From Macrostomum lignano (lineage: Eukaryota): a DNA stretch of 64,000 nt. The translations under genes and the position numbers were made by a program. Below the pieces are notes generated by a model. It saw only the letters and a list, made by a program, of their open reading frames with translations. It ran no database searches and had not been told where the DNA came from. Positions 18,666 to 38,707 of this stretch are shown here, piece after piece (the first letter of the stretch is position 1; each line of letters opens with the position of its first letter). Location of the stretch: NCBI GenBank assembly GCA_002269645.1, contig NIVC01000110.1, forward strand, positions 124,001 to 188,000, given 5' to 3'.

Positions 18666-20639
18666 CATGGTGCCATACACCCAGCAGGAGTGTGAGTTTG
18701 CGTACGTATCCGCGCGCTTCGTGCCGATCCTCAGGAGAGTCCATATAGCTATACATGTACGTCGGAATAGATTATTGAGAAATTGTGATTGAAGAAAGGA
18801 CGGATTGATCGGAACTATAGTGCTCCCCCGCAGACGAAAGGTGCCAAAGAGACTGGGGAAGATGTGGAGAGTGCCATTATAATTTATCAATAACCCCATG
18901 AAGCATATTTTCGCCATCAGTTCTGTGAGTTTTTGGATCTCATTAACAACCAAATTTAATTCTGACTGCTAATTCAACCATAGCCAGTGTATTATAGAAA
19001 GTGCGGGAAATCAAGCAAGTATACGTGATACCGCGGCCATGCAGAGCCTGCCGTCCTGTGAGAAACTATATGCATGTACAGGTGTACCTGTAGATCTACA
19101 TGTAGATCTTCAGAATGTACAGTACAAGTGTGCCGCTCCAGATGCCAATGAAGGCAGCGAAGGTTTACGAGTATGGGAATGTGCTGTGCAACATACATAT
19201 TACATTTTACATGCAAGAATTAATAGTGACGATGATAGCTGGAGGTAATGGAGAAGCGTCTTTGCCAAAATTAATTATGATGGATGATGGAGTACAGACT
19301 GTAGCCAAGATTTTACCTGACGTATACCTTATAGCCTAATATCTTGATGATATATTTTGAAAGCAGGAGACTGCATGCATGCAGGGGACAATACTGAGGA
19401 TCTTAGAGACAATTATTGCTTGCATTAGGGCCAATTTTTATAAAAGGGCCAATGAACACTAGGTGCAATTAAATTCTGCATCGATTCCCTGACCAAGGAC
19501 TGCTCAATACTCGGGACTTGATCAACGACAATATTTGCATGGTCGATCTAGATCGATTATATAATAACTTATATATGAATACATGTATAGTCCACGAAAA
19601 AGCATATTATTTCAATTATTCAATTATTCAAGGTTCTACTACCTTGTAGTCAGTGAGTTTGTGCCTGTGGTATAAACCTATTCAAGTGATGTATATATAA
19701 TAACTTGGTCCTTTGTCTTGCATCAATGATTCCGACGTTAGCTTGTCTAGTCCGAAAAAAAATAAATGAGCCGCAGTTACATTACGTCTTTGTAGTTTTT
19801 TTCGAAATTCAAGCTAGGGTCAATAGAGTTTTTGTCTCTGTTGGAAACCAAGCTACTATACCCTTGTTTAAAAAAGAGAATGCCAGCAGCAATAATTCAT
19901 GAAATTCGACGAGTTCTTTTTGCTTAAATAAACCACCGTTTCTAAATTCCAGGATAAACGCTAAATTCAAACCGAAGGCCGCTATAATATTTTTTGTTCA
20001 ATGGCTCCAGATGGCTGGCCAAGTAAGGGTCACAACTCACATCATGACATCAATCGCGTCTATCATTGACGTGGATCTACACTGCACTTCCAGGATCCAT
20101 CCAAGTGTGTGTACATGTAACATGCAGTTACTAAGTAGTTCGTATTGTTGTTACAGTGGTAGATATGAGTGCAATTTGGGTAAAAAATAAAAATGGACTT
20201 TTGAAGTTTTGATTAACATAGGCCTATGTATTGGGGGGGGGGGCTAATCCAACACTTGCTGATGAGTCCTCCATCCCATAAAAAATATGGGCCTAGGCTT
20301 ATGGTTAATGTATTCAATTTTTATTGGAACTACTGTAGTCAATGTAATTTAATATTGCCAAGTCAATTAAACCAAATTAAGCTTACTAAATTTGGCCTAG
20401 GCCTATTTACTATTAACTAATAAGACTTGTAGTTGCATTTGTTAATTGTACTTAAAGTTATAAGGAATCTTTTTGTGTTACATGGCAAAAATAGTCCATC
20501 TTTTTTAGTAGCCTAGACCTATTTGTAACAACATAGGCCTAGTCAATTGTCAATAATTAAGGGTTAATCATTCTTTTTGGTTTTAGCTTTTACTAGGCCT
20601 AGCAATCAGCGCCCCCCATTGGGGAGCCAAAAAATGCAG

Positions 20640-21640
20640 TACAAGTTTTTTAATAAACTACATATAGTGTCTCTTTGTAATATACCTCAGTAGTCCTTCC
20701 TTTGTAAGCCTTGAAATCTCATCAATTCCCCCTACAAGCCTTAACATATCAACCCCCCTTGACATCTTAGCGATGCCCCCCATAAGCCTTGAAATCTTAA
20801 ACAATCTGTCAACCTTCTAACCCTAACCCTAACCCTAAGGCATTTTAGTAGGCCTAATTCTTTGCAAGCCTCGATATTGTAGTAATTCCCAAATGAATCT
20901 CTTAGGCCCTATCTTTGACATGACACTTCTTTTCTTTTTTACATTACGCTTTTTCTATTAGTGACCCAGGAGTTAACAGATAATATAATAAAAAGTTTTG
21001 AATAAACTTCATGTAGCTTCTGACTTAAGCCTTGACATCTCAGTTATTCCCCCTTCCCCCTATAAGGTTTGATATCATAATAGGCCTAATTATTCTTAAG
21101 AGTCATAGCACACAGTTTCATGTGAATTTTTTTATATAATGCTTTATTTATGTCTGACATGACATTTCTTCTATTTTTGACAATACACTTCCTTCATATT
21201 TGACTTGATGCTTCTTTTGTCAAGGCTTTATTCTACTTTTGAATAAACTACATGTTTAAACTATAGCTTCTCTTTGCAATAACCTTAGCAATCCCTAGTG
21301 AGCCTTGACATCTCAGCTATGCCTCTTGCAAGCCTTGACATCTTAGCAATGCCCCCCAAAAAACCTTAAAATCTGAAAAATCCCTTGTCAACCTTAGAAC
21401 TTCCTAACCCTAAAGGCCTAAACCCAAACCTAACCTAAACCTAACCTTAACCCTAACCCTAAAGCCTTGACATCTCAGCAATTCTTCTCCCCTAAGCCTA
21501 AGAATCACAACATTATGGCAATTCCCTCCAAGCCTTGACATCATAGAAATTCCCAAATGAATCTTTAAACTTTGACATGACTCTTCTATTACGTCTACTT
21601 AATGCTTTTTTTTCTTTTTTATATGACACTTCTTCTATTT
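20640..21640. repeat. Diverged tandem duplication with short interstitial (CCCTAA)n tracts
   Basis: Shared blocks AATAAACTACAT...AGCCTTGACATCT...TTCCCAAATGAATCT...TTTGACATGAC recur at about 20650, 21000 (partial) and 21240. CCCTAA repeats occur at about 20818-20837 and 21445-21462. Confidence 0.5.
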
Positions 21641-22518
21641 GCCACCCCCCCCCTATGGCAAGCCAACAAAGAAGTAAAAAGAGCAAAGCTAGAGAGATTC
21701 AATCTTGTGGCCATCTTGCAGTGTGGCCATCTTGATATTATATTGTAATGTATATGGCATATCTTAAAGTAATTGTTATTACAATGTTGTGACTTTCCAT
21801 TGAATTGCCACAGTGTGACAGTGTCATTTTAATATCTTGCTAACTCCTCATCCAAAATTGATATTGTCATTATTATTAGTATTATTATCATTATTATTAC
21901 ATAGGCCTATTGAATTTTTAACTTTGCAAATCTTATTTGCCTCAATCTTAGGGTCATTTGGTCATTCTAAGCAAAGGTGGCAGGTAAGCAAATTTTAAAT
22001 TAACAGTTTTAACAATAAAAAAGTTTTAACAAAGATACTTGATACTATTTAGTATTTAGTTGTTTATTTGGAAGATTTGTAAAACAGTGAAAACAAAAAG
22101 ACAATTTTTAACAGATTTATTTTAAGGTTCTCTATTCCAATAAGCTGCCATGGGGATAAGCTAAAAATTATTGACATGGATCTGTGTAGATAAAATTGGA
22201 ATTATTGACATGGTCTATAGACTTGAATGGTGGCAGCTTATTTCAATCCTGTATTGTAAAGATAAGCTGGAAATTATCAACATGGATCCATGTGGATACA
22301 ATTGGAATTATCAGCACAGGACCGTGGGGATAAGCGATTCCAATAAAATTTACCTAGAGGCTTTCTATCTCTATTATCAATTCAAATTAAAATGAAATTT
22401 TAAATTTTAGTTAGTCACTAGGCCCTAGTGCATATTTAGCTTCAAAACTATGCCACATAAAATTAAATTTTATTGTGGATAGGCCTATGCCTATTAATTA
22501 TAGCATTATATATTATTA

Positions 22519-23309
22519 TGAGGGGTGTTGCAAAAGTTTCCAGACTAATGCTCTTCATGGTGATAATTTTAGTCTGATTCAGCAAAAAAATTAAATAGAC
22601 AAACAGGCAACTTGTATTATATAATATTATAAAGTTTCAGAAAGTTTGGAGTTGATGGTTAATAGTAATAAGCGATTGTACACTAGCTTATTTATAGTCA
22701 TGAAATATGATTTCCGAGTTACAGCTACTAATCACTATCACTGTCGTTTCTATCGCCGGATGCGTCCACAGATTGATTGCTGGCTGACTCCATGTATTTG
22801 CGATTTATGGAGATGCATTTTTGGTAGCGCTCAATCAGCTTGTCAAAGCCAGACTCCCAGAAGCTGGCATAAAACTGACGCAGAGACTTGTTGGCTGCTT
22901 CGATGACCTCCTCACGCATTGTGAAGATCTCGCCACACATTGGCATCTTCATTGGGCTAAAGAACACCAAAAGCAAGACGCACCTCATCAAAGGTCTGTG
23001 TTGCTATTTTGCCCTATCGTTGGCATGCCATGATAAAGTGGCGCTGGCTTTCCTTAGACCCAAACTCCGATGGATTCTTTGATCAACTCATTTTTGCTCA
23101 CTTTTGGTTTGTGAAAAATCGTGTCAACAGCTTCAAAGGGTTGCAACTTATTTTGGCTCTGATGTATGCTGTGATTGACTAAGCTGCAAAAAATTTTAGA
23201 AAAAGTTTTTTTCTATGGCTGAATACCATAGACATCAATTTTCAGCCAAATCAAACATGAATTGTCACCAGGATTAGCATTAGTCCGGAAACTTTTGCAA
23301 CACCCCTCG
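22519..23309 (-). mobile_element. Internally deleted non-autonomous mariner (different family from 11493-12802)
   Basis: TIRs (T/C)GAGGGGTGTTGCAAAAGTTTCC(A/G)GACTAATGCT with TA at 22517-18 and 23310-11; 791 bp. The minus strand keeps a transposase C-terminal remnant (MKMPMCGEIF..EEVIEAA..GFDKLIERYQKCI, 22728-22991). Confidence 0.9.
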
Positions 23310-23760
23310 TATTAAAGATTATTATGTAAGCTAGTTTTGAATCTTTTTTACTTATTAAAAGTTAATTATTAGTAATATTACCCAATTACTTAGTATTCAA
23401 ATGACAAATCTTAATCTAAAATTAAGTCTATAAACTTCATTTCTTTGTCTTACTTGAATTTGAAAAAAAAAATTATAGTTCAAATCTATTATATAACTAT
23501 ACAGCTTAGACCTAATTGTTTGATTTCTAAGACTACCAAAAATGGGTAGGATGAATTGGGTAGAGAATGTTTCTTATTAATATGCTAAGCATTATTGCTT
23601 AGGCCTTGTTTATATAGTAATAATAAAATTTTTATAAGGCATTTTAAACATATCAGTATTTATAAAAAAATTCTGTTGAAGAACCTGAGGATTTTAAAAA
23701 TCTGTGCTTCACATGCATCTTGGAATTAAAAATTTTTAGCCATGTATGGTTATATATCCT

Positions 23761-24010
23761 AGTGGTTATAGCCTGGTAGTTAGAGCATCAGACTCATGGC
23801 TTGAAGGTTAGGGGTTTGGTTCTTGATCCCATTGGAAAAATTTGTGTCTGAGTAATACATTTAACTCTGCACAGCTTCAGTTCACATAGCTGTAAAGTGG
23901 ATACCAGCATTAGCTAGGGTAATTGACGTTGGTTGTGGCAACCCCCCATTTGTTAGACTGAATAGCCATTAGGGCAAGTATAATCCATAGCCTAGAAGGC
24001 ATCCACACAC
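23761..24010 (+). mobile_element. tRNA-head CORE-type SINE, diverged copy
   Basis: Homologous to 45604-45897; contains TTAACTCTGCACAGCTTCAGTTCACATAGCTGTAAAGTGG. Confidence 0.6.
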
Positions 24011-24665
24011 TAGAGAATTCTGTTATGCAAAAAAATCTTGGCGTATAGGTTGGCGTGCGCTATGGCTCTAGAAAATTTTTGGCTTATATTAGAATCTAAG
24101 AAATTTGGCATGCTGAAAGCTATGCCTTCAACATTGTGTCTATGTTTACAAATATAATGCTATTTATCTCACATTCAAATTTGAACATTCTTTTACTATA
24201 TTGATAGTAGAAAGTTTAAAATAAACTGAAATGGCCATATTTTATATGGTATGGCAACTTCATTAAAAAAATTGCTATTATTAAAATTGTTTTGTTATAG
24301 TAATGTATGGTAAGTATATTTTTCAATATTTTAATTTTTCGATATTTCAATTATTGACTTTGGTATGTGGCCCACAGGTAATTATTTTGGGGTTTTGCAC
24401 TTTGGTATAATGTGGTGTGCACAGAAAAAATTCTCATTCATCATTCCGGCATACACTGGACACCTTCCTGACTATGGGGTGTAATCAATTATTATTTAAT
24501 ATTATTGTCGTATGTATTGGTATATGGATTATATGAATTATTTTTGCTATATCATTGATATAAAGGTTTTTCACAAAAAGTAACCAGTTTTGCTATAAAC
24601 CTAGCCATTTTGGCTTTCACTATCTAGCATCTGTACTGTAACTATTCCAGCTAAACCCCAACAGC

Positions 24666-27000
24666 ATGGCCACTACCAATGAAGCCCCTGACACTGTCAC
24701 CATAGCCGATGGAATCAGCAAGAGAGTTGTGAGTGCCGCCCCAGACTCCGGCAGTGCCTCATCTCCGCCGTCCTATCCAACAGAGAGTCATTTCGCATTC
24801 GATTTCGTGGTTCGAGTTGCCGCCACAGGCGCTGTGCTTGACGATTCCCGGCTTCATCCGAAGCGTCCAGTCTCCCTGTACAGCGGCCGCGGCTTCCAGA
24901 TCGGCTTCTGGGAGACCTGCTTGGAAACCATGCGACCTGGCGAGGTGTCGGAGTTCGCCGTGGAGCCCGAGCAGCTGGGCCTGTTCCCTGTGCAATACAG
25001 GAAGCTGCGGGATTACCTGCTGGATAGGAAGTCTGCTCACTGCTGTGGAATGGCCGGAGTTCGAGATGGTGGCGGATTAGGGTTAGTTATTAAGTTGCAC
25101 TTTTGTTTGTTTGGAATTTTTAATACTTTATTTCCATATGGTTTTATGCTTCATTCTTATTCCTACTCATTAATCTCTAATCCCTAATTATCCCGCATCC
25201 CAATTATCCCACATCCCTAATCACCCAATTCCCTATTTATCCCACACTATTTATGTCACATACCTAAATATCCCGTATCCCAATTATCTCACATCCCTAA
25301 TCATCCCACATCCATAATTATCCCACAACCCTAATTATCCTATCCCTAATCCCTAATTATTCCAAATCCCTTAATTATCTCAAATCTCAAATGTTTCCAC
25401 ATCCTTAATTATCCATAATCCCACTGTCGTTAATTCCTACAGGCCCCTCAAGTATCCCGTCGCCCTAATCTCGTGGCCACAAACACTATCCCACTGTGTG
25501 ACCCATCATCATCACTCAAATTCTCCCTAAACCTATACGCAGTTACGCAGACCTTGACGACCTCTTGGCAAAGCCGCAGCGCTTACTATTCGAGTTTCAC
25601 CTGCGCGAGGCCAAACTGCCGCACGAGTTCCGCAAGGAGGCTTGGATTATGCGACCGGAGGAGAAGCGCGCCGCGCTGCCCCAGCTGCGGCAGGAAGGCA
25701 ACGATCTTTATAAAGCTGGCAAAACTGCCGATGCGGCTGCCAGGTACACCGAGGCTCTGGCGATGCTGGAGGATCTGGCCGCGATGGAGCGGCCGCAGGA
25801 TACAAAGTGGCTGGAGTTGGATAAGGCCAAGGTGGGTGTGGGTTGGTGTTGCTGCATTTTATTCAATTTAAAAAGACAGGACAGGCCCCTCAGGACAGGC
25901 CCCTCAAGACACCCCCTCAAGACACCCCCTTCAAGACAGGCCTTTTAAAGACACCCCTTCAAGACAGGCCTCTCAAGACATCCCCTCAAGACAGGCCCCT
26001 TAGGACAGACCCCTCAGGACAAACCCCTCAAGACACCCGTTTCAAAAAGGCCCCCTTAAGACAGGCTCCTCAAGACAGGTTCCTCAAGACAGGTTCCTCA
26101 AGACAGGTTCCTCAAGACACCCCCTCAAGACAAGACCCCTCGGTCTCAAGACAAACCCTCAAGACAGGCCCTCCGGATAGGCCCCTCAGGACAGGCCCCT
26201 CAAGACACCCCTCAAGACACCCCTTCAAGACAGGCCTTTTAAAGACACCCCTTCAAGACAGGCCTTTTAAAGACACCCCTTCAAGACAGGCCTTTTAAAG
26301 ACACCCCTTCAAGACAGGCCTCTCAAGACATCCCCTCAAGACATCCCCTCAAGACAGGCCCCTCAGGACAAACCCCTCAAGACACCCGTTTCAAAAAGGC
26401 CCCCTTTCAAAAAGGTCAAAAAGACAGGCTCCTCAAGACACCCCCTCAAGACAGCCCTCTCAAGACACCCCCTCAAGACAGCCCTCTCAAGACACCCCCT
26501 TAAGACACCCCGTCAAGACACCCCCTAAAAACAGGCCCATCAAGACACCCCCTCAAGACAGCCCTCTCAAGACACCCCCTTAAGACACCCCGTCAAGACA
26601 CCCCCTAAAGACAGGCCCATCAAGACAGCGCCCCATGAGCAAGAATGTTTAGTTTCAACTATCTGCTCGCACTGGTCCAACCGCTCCTCAGGTGCCATTC
26701 CTGCTGAACCTGGCGCAGTGCCAGCTGCTGCTAGGCGACAACTACCAGACCATCCGGCTGTGCACCGAGGCCCTCAGCCGCGAGCCGGACAACGTCAAGG
26801 CTGTTTATCGTCGGGCCAAAGCGCACGCAGCCGTATGGGATGTGGCTGAGGCCAAGCAGGATTTCTCTAGGGCTGCCCAGCTGGACCCGGGCCTGGCTGC
26901 GGCCTGCGATGCAGCTGTACGCGACTTGACTGATAAGGTGCGCGAGAGGGAGCGCCTGGAGAAAGAGCAGCTTAGGGGAAAACTCATTGCTGGGGAGTGA
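24666..27000 (+). CDS. AIP: Aryl hydrocarbon receptor-interacting protein homolog (FKBP-like domain + TPRs), 337 aa
   Basis: Exons 24666-25081, 25543-25831 and 26692-27000, all GT-AG and in frame. Motifs: VLDDSR, FWETCLETMRPGEVSEF, HCCG, GYADLDDLLAKPQRLLF, LRQEGNDLYK, PFLLNLAQCQL, NVKAVYRRAKAHAAVWD, LDP. Confidence 0.93.
25870..26630. repeat. AGACACCCCCTCA / AGACAGGCCCCTCA degenerate minisatellite, intronic
   Basis: Fills AIP intron 2. Confidence 0.85.
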
Positions 27001-27029
27001 CAGTCTGTTCTGTACGGTACTGTCTTAAT

Positions 27030-27950
27030 TGCTGTCAAATTGGCTGTCATCAGTTCTGCTGTTGCTGTCAAATTTGCTGTCATCAGTTCTTTTGCTGTCA
27101 AATTGGTTGTCATCAGTTCTGCTGTTGCTGTCAAATTGGTTGTCATCAGTTCTGCTGTTGCTGTCAAATTGGTTGTCATCAGTTCTGCTGTTGCTGTCAA
27201 ATTGGTTGTCATCAGTTCTGCTGTTGCTGTCAAATTGGTTGTCATCAGTTCTGCTGTTGCTGTCAAATTGGTTGTCATCAGTTCTGCTGTTGCTGTCAAA
27301 TTGGTTGTCATCAGTTCTGCTGTTGCTGTCAAATTGGTTGTCATCAGTTCTGCTGTTGCTGTCAAATTGGTTGTCATCAGTTCTGCTGTTGCTGTCAAAT
27401 TTGCTGTCATCAGTTCTGCTGTTGCTGTCAAATTGGTTGTCATCAGTTCTGCTGTTGCTGTCAAATTTGCTGTCATCAGTTCTGCTGTTGCTGTCAAATT
27501 GGCTGTCATCAGTTCTGCTGTTGCTGTCAAATTTGCTGTCATCAGTTCTGCTGTTGCTGTCAAATTGGCTGTCATCAGTTCTGCTGTTGCTGTCAAATTG
27601 GTTGTCATCAGTTCTGCTGTTGCTGTCAAATTGGTTGTCATCAGTTCTGCTGTTGCTGTCAAATTGGTTGTCATCAGTTCTGCTGTTGCTGTCAAATTTG
27701 CTGTCATCAGTTCTGCTGTTGCTGTCAAATTGGTTGTCATCAGTTCTGCTGTTGCTGTCAAATTTGCTGTCATCAGTTCTGCTGTTGCTGTCAAATTGGC
27801 TGTCATCAGTTCTGTTGCTGTCAAATTGGCTGTCATCAGTTCTGTTGCTGTCAAATTGGCTGTCATCAGTTCTGTTGCTGTCGAATTGGCTGTCATCAGT
27901 TCTGTTGCTGTCGAATTGGCTGTCATCAGTTCTGTTGCTGTCGAATTGGC
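27030..27950. repeat. 33-bp (30-bp variant) minisatellite CTGTCAAATTGGTTGTCATCAGTTCTGCTGTTG
   Basis: About 28 copies starting 30 bp after the AIP stop; source of the repetitive ORFs at 26805-28026. Confidence 0.95.
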
Positions 27951-28449
27951 TTTTTGTGAACCTCAAAGCTGGGTAAATCGGGATCCGATAGTGAACTTAA
28001 AATCCAGTGTCATTAGATCTCTTTAAACTGTTTACATGTTGTCTTGTCTTGAGCACTTTCACTCTCACAATAGTTTCTGCATTGTTGATGTTGTTTGCTA
28101 TGTCGCATAAATTAAATATGTGTATTATTACCCCCTGTTAACTATGCGATACGTTTGTTTGTAATAAAAAAATAGTATTCGATTTTTAATCAGTACAAAA
28201 ATGTAATCTAGCATTTTAAAATTTATATTTTTGAGAATTTTGTCAATGCCGAGATTTCGGTGAAAATATGCGAAATATATACACACAGACAGACCAATAG
28301 AACAGATTTTTTAAAACACTTCTGAGCTCCGTATATACCTATTGATATATTATTATTTCTGATAAAATGGCCCCGATAATTATTGTTTATTTTTAGACTG
28401 TAGACTTTAAAGTGACTACCGGTAAAAGTAAAATGAGAGATCGTCAAAG

Positions 28450-30170
28450 ATTGATGAAGCGGAGAGGCAGAGGATTCTCAAGAATTGATGGAGCGGAGAG
28501 GCAGATTCTCAAGTGTTGATGGAGCGGAGAGGCAGATTCTCAAGAATTGATGGAGCAGAGAGGCAGATTCTCAAGTATTGATGGAGCGGAGAGGCAGATT
28601 CTCAAGTATTGATTGAGCAGAGAGGCAGATTCTCAAGAATTGATGGAGCGGAGAGGCAAATTCTCAAGTATTGATGGAGCAGAGAGGCAGAGGATTCTCA
28701 AGAATTGATGGAGCAGAGAGGCAGATTCTCAAGTATTGATGGAGCAGAGAGGCAGAGGATTCTCAAGAATTGATGGAGCGGAGAGGCAAATTCTCAAGTA
28801 TTGATGGAGCAGAGAGGCAGAGGATTCTCAAGAATTGATGGAGCAGAGAGGCAGATTCTCAAGTATTGATGGAGCAGAGAGGCAGAGGATTCTCAAGAAT
28901 TGATGGAGCGGAGAGGCAAATTCTCAAGTATTGATGGAGCAGAGAGGCAGAGGATTCTCAAGAATTGATGGAGCAGAGAGGCAGATTCTCAAGTATTGAT
29001 GGAGCAGAGAGGCAGAGGATTCTCAAGAATTGATGGAGCGGAGAGGCAAATTCTCAAGTATTGATGGAGCAGAGAGGCAGAGGATTCTCAAGAATTGATG
29101 GAGCAGAGAGGCAGATCCTCAAGTATTGATGAAGCAGAGAGGCAGAGGATTCTCAAGTATTGATGGAGCAGAGAGGCAGATCCTCAAGTATTGATGAAGC
29201 AGAGAGGCAGATTCTCAAGTATTGATGGAGCAGAGAGGCAGATTCTCAAGAATTGATGGAGCAGAGAGGCAGATTCTCAAGTATTGATGGAGCAGAGAGG
29301 CAGATCCTCAAGTATTGATGAAGCAGAGAGGCAGAGGATTCTCAAGTATTGATGGAGCAGAGAGGCAGATCCTCAAGTATTGATGAAGCAGAGAGGCAGA
29401 TTCTCAAGTATTGATGAAGCAGAGAGGCAGAGGATTCTCAAGAATTGATGGAGCGGAGAGGCAGATTCTCAAGTATTGATGAAGCAGAGAGGCAGAGGAT
29501 TCTCAAGAATTGATGGAGCGGAGAGGCAGATCCTCAAGTATTGATGAAGCAGAGAGGCAGAGGATTCTCAAGAATTGATGGAGCAGAGAGGCAGATCCTC
29601 AAGTATTGATGAAGCAGAGAGGCAGAGGATTCTCAAGAATTGATGGAGCAGAGAGGCAGATTCTCAAGTATTGATGAAGCAGAGAGGCAGAGGATTCTCA
29701 AGTATTGATGGAGCAGAGAGGCAGATCCTCAAGTATTGATGAAGCAGAGAGGCAAGGACCACTAGTAGTCCGTGCAGAGAGGCAGATTCTCAAGTATTGA
29801 TGAAGCGGAGAGGCAGATTCTCAAGTATTGATGAAGCCGAGAGGCAGATTCTCAAGAATTGATGAAGCGGAGAGGCAGATTCTCAAGTATTGATGAAGCC
29901 GAGAGGCAGATTCTCAAGAATTGATGAAGCGGAGAGGCAGATTCTCAAGTATTGATGAAGCGGAGAGGCAGAGGATTCTCAAGAATTGATGGAGCAGAGA
30001 GGCAGATCCTCAAGTATTGATGAAGCGGAGAGGCAGATTCTAAAGTATTGATGAAGCGGAGAGGCAGATTCTCAAGTATTGATGAAGCGGAGAGACAGAT
30101 TCTCAAGGACTGATGGAGCGGAGAGGCAGATTCTCAAGAATTGATGGAGCGGAAAGGCAGAGGATTCTCA
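28450..30170. repeat. 30/33-bp minisatellite GATTCTCAAGTATTGATGGAGCAGAGAGGCA
   Basis: Long tandem array with alternating variants. Confidence 0.95.
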
Positions 30171-30889
30171 AGGATAGGGATATCAAAGTAAACAAAAAAG
30201 CCAGTTTTCAATAATTTTTTAATTAAAATTCTGACAGATACAAAAGCAAGAAAAAGAGGAGGGTGTTAAAACAATTATATTCTTTTGTCTGAAAGCAACA
30301 ACATCTACAATTATAAATGTAAAAATAAACACGCGCAAACAAGTAAATAACCTGATGATGCAGCTCGCCAAATATACGATGTGGCTTTGAAGTTAGATTT
30401 CGATCATAAAACTTCAGCTTGAAGGCCAACCTGCAGGGCACGGAGAGTGCATGTACATGACTGACGATTTGAAAGTCTGGGCCGCTGTACGAGTACACCC
30501 TGTGTGAGCTGCGTGCCCCGTGCTCAGGCGGTTAGCGGAATGACTACTAAAAGCGCTAATTTCTCCCAGACACAAAATAACTTCACAAATATCACAAAGA
30601 CTAGCAAGGCAAACAGGACGACAGCCAGGAATAAAGAAAAAGCCTAAGCAATTCCTATAATTGTGCAATGTGCAGTACATGTAGAGATAAAACTGTGCAA
30701 CAAACTCAGACCGCCTTAGAGTTTTACATTATCACACGGTGGGCGCGGGGTTAATAAAAAAACTCTTCATTGTAGAAGTGGGTAATTTTTTCAGAAGAAA
30801 TCCGATATTACGTGTGTATTACTCGTATGTTTGCTTAAAGCGATAAAAAATTCTGCTCTGATGTACGCCTAAGAGCCCAATAAAATGAG

Positions 30890-31685
30890 GTGGTCTGGAG
30901 GCTGGCCCAGCAACTGAGGATCTGGGAGGGTGGCCCAGCAACTGAGGATCTGGGAGGGTGGCCCAGCAACTGAGGATCTGGGAGGCTGGCCCAGCAACTG
31001 GGGATCTGGGAGGGTGGCCCAGCAACTGAGGATCTGGGAGGCTGGCCCAGCAACTGAGGATCTGGGAGGCTGGCCCAGCAACTGGGGATCTGGGAGTCTG
31101 GTCCAGCAACTGAGGATCTGAGAGGCTGGCCCAGCAACTGAGGATCTGGGAGTCTGGTCCAGCAACTGAGGATCTGAGAGGCTGGCCCAGCAACTGAGGA
31201 TCTGAGAGGCTGGCCCAGCAACTGAGGATCTGGGAGGCTGGCCCAGCAACTGACACTCTGGGAGGCTGGCCCAGCAACTGAGGATCTGGGAGGGTGGCCT
31301 AGCAACTGAGGATATGGGAGGCTGGCCCAGCAACTGGGGATCTGGGAGTCTGGTCTAGCAACTGAGAATCTGGGAGGCTGGTCCAGCAACTGGGGATCTG
31401 GGAGGCTGGCCCAGCAACTGAGGATCTGGGAGTCTGGTCTAGCAACTGAGAATCTGGGAGGCTGGTCCAGCAACTGGGGATCTGGGAGGCTGGTGGCTCA
31501 GCAATTGAGGATCTGGGAGGCTGGCCCAGCAACTGAGGATCTGGGAGGCTGGCCCAGCAACTGAGGATCTGGGAGGCTGGCCCAGCAACTGGGGATCTGG
31601 GAGGCTGGTGGCTCAGCAACTGAGGATCTGGGAGGGTGGCCCAGCAACTGACACTCTGGGAGGCTGGCCCAGCAACTGGGGATCT
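30890..31685. repeat. About 28-bp minisatellite GGAGGCTGGCCCAGCAACTGAGGATCTG
   Basis: Tandem array just beyond the ankyrin-gene stop codon. Confidence 0.93.
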
Positions 31686-31727
31686 GGTAGGTTGTCATCC
31701 AGACCGTCTTGAAGGGCAGGCAAGCAG

Positions 31728-38707
<6,980 letters not shown>

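Noticed and set aside
17746-18953. Long GAPGA / LAPLV ORFs resembling collagen or silk
   Set aside because: A 15-bp stop-free repeat is open in most frames, and the period of 5 residues does not give Gly-X-Y.
20818-21462. Telomere or chromosome-fusion signature
   Set aside because: Only 2-3 perfect CCCTAA units per tract, embedded in a local duplication; too short to support the claim.
26805-28026. Cys-rich (CCCCQIGCHQF) and other repeat ORFs of more than 300 aa
   Set aside because: They are translations of the 33-bp array in all frames, directly behind the AIP stop codon.
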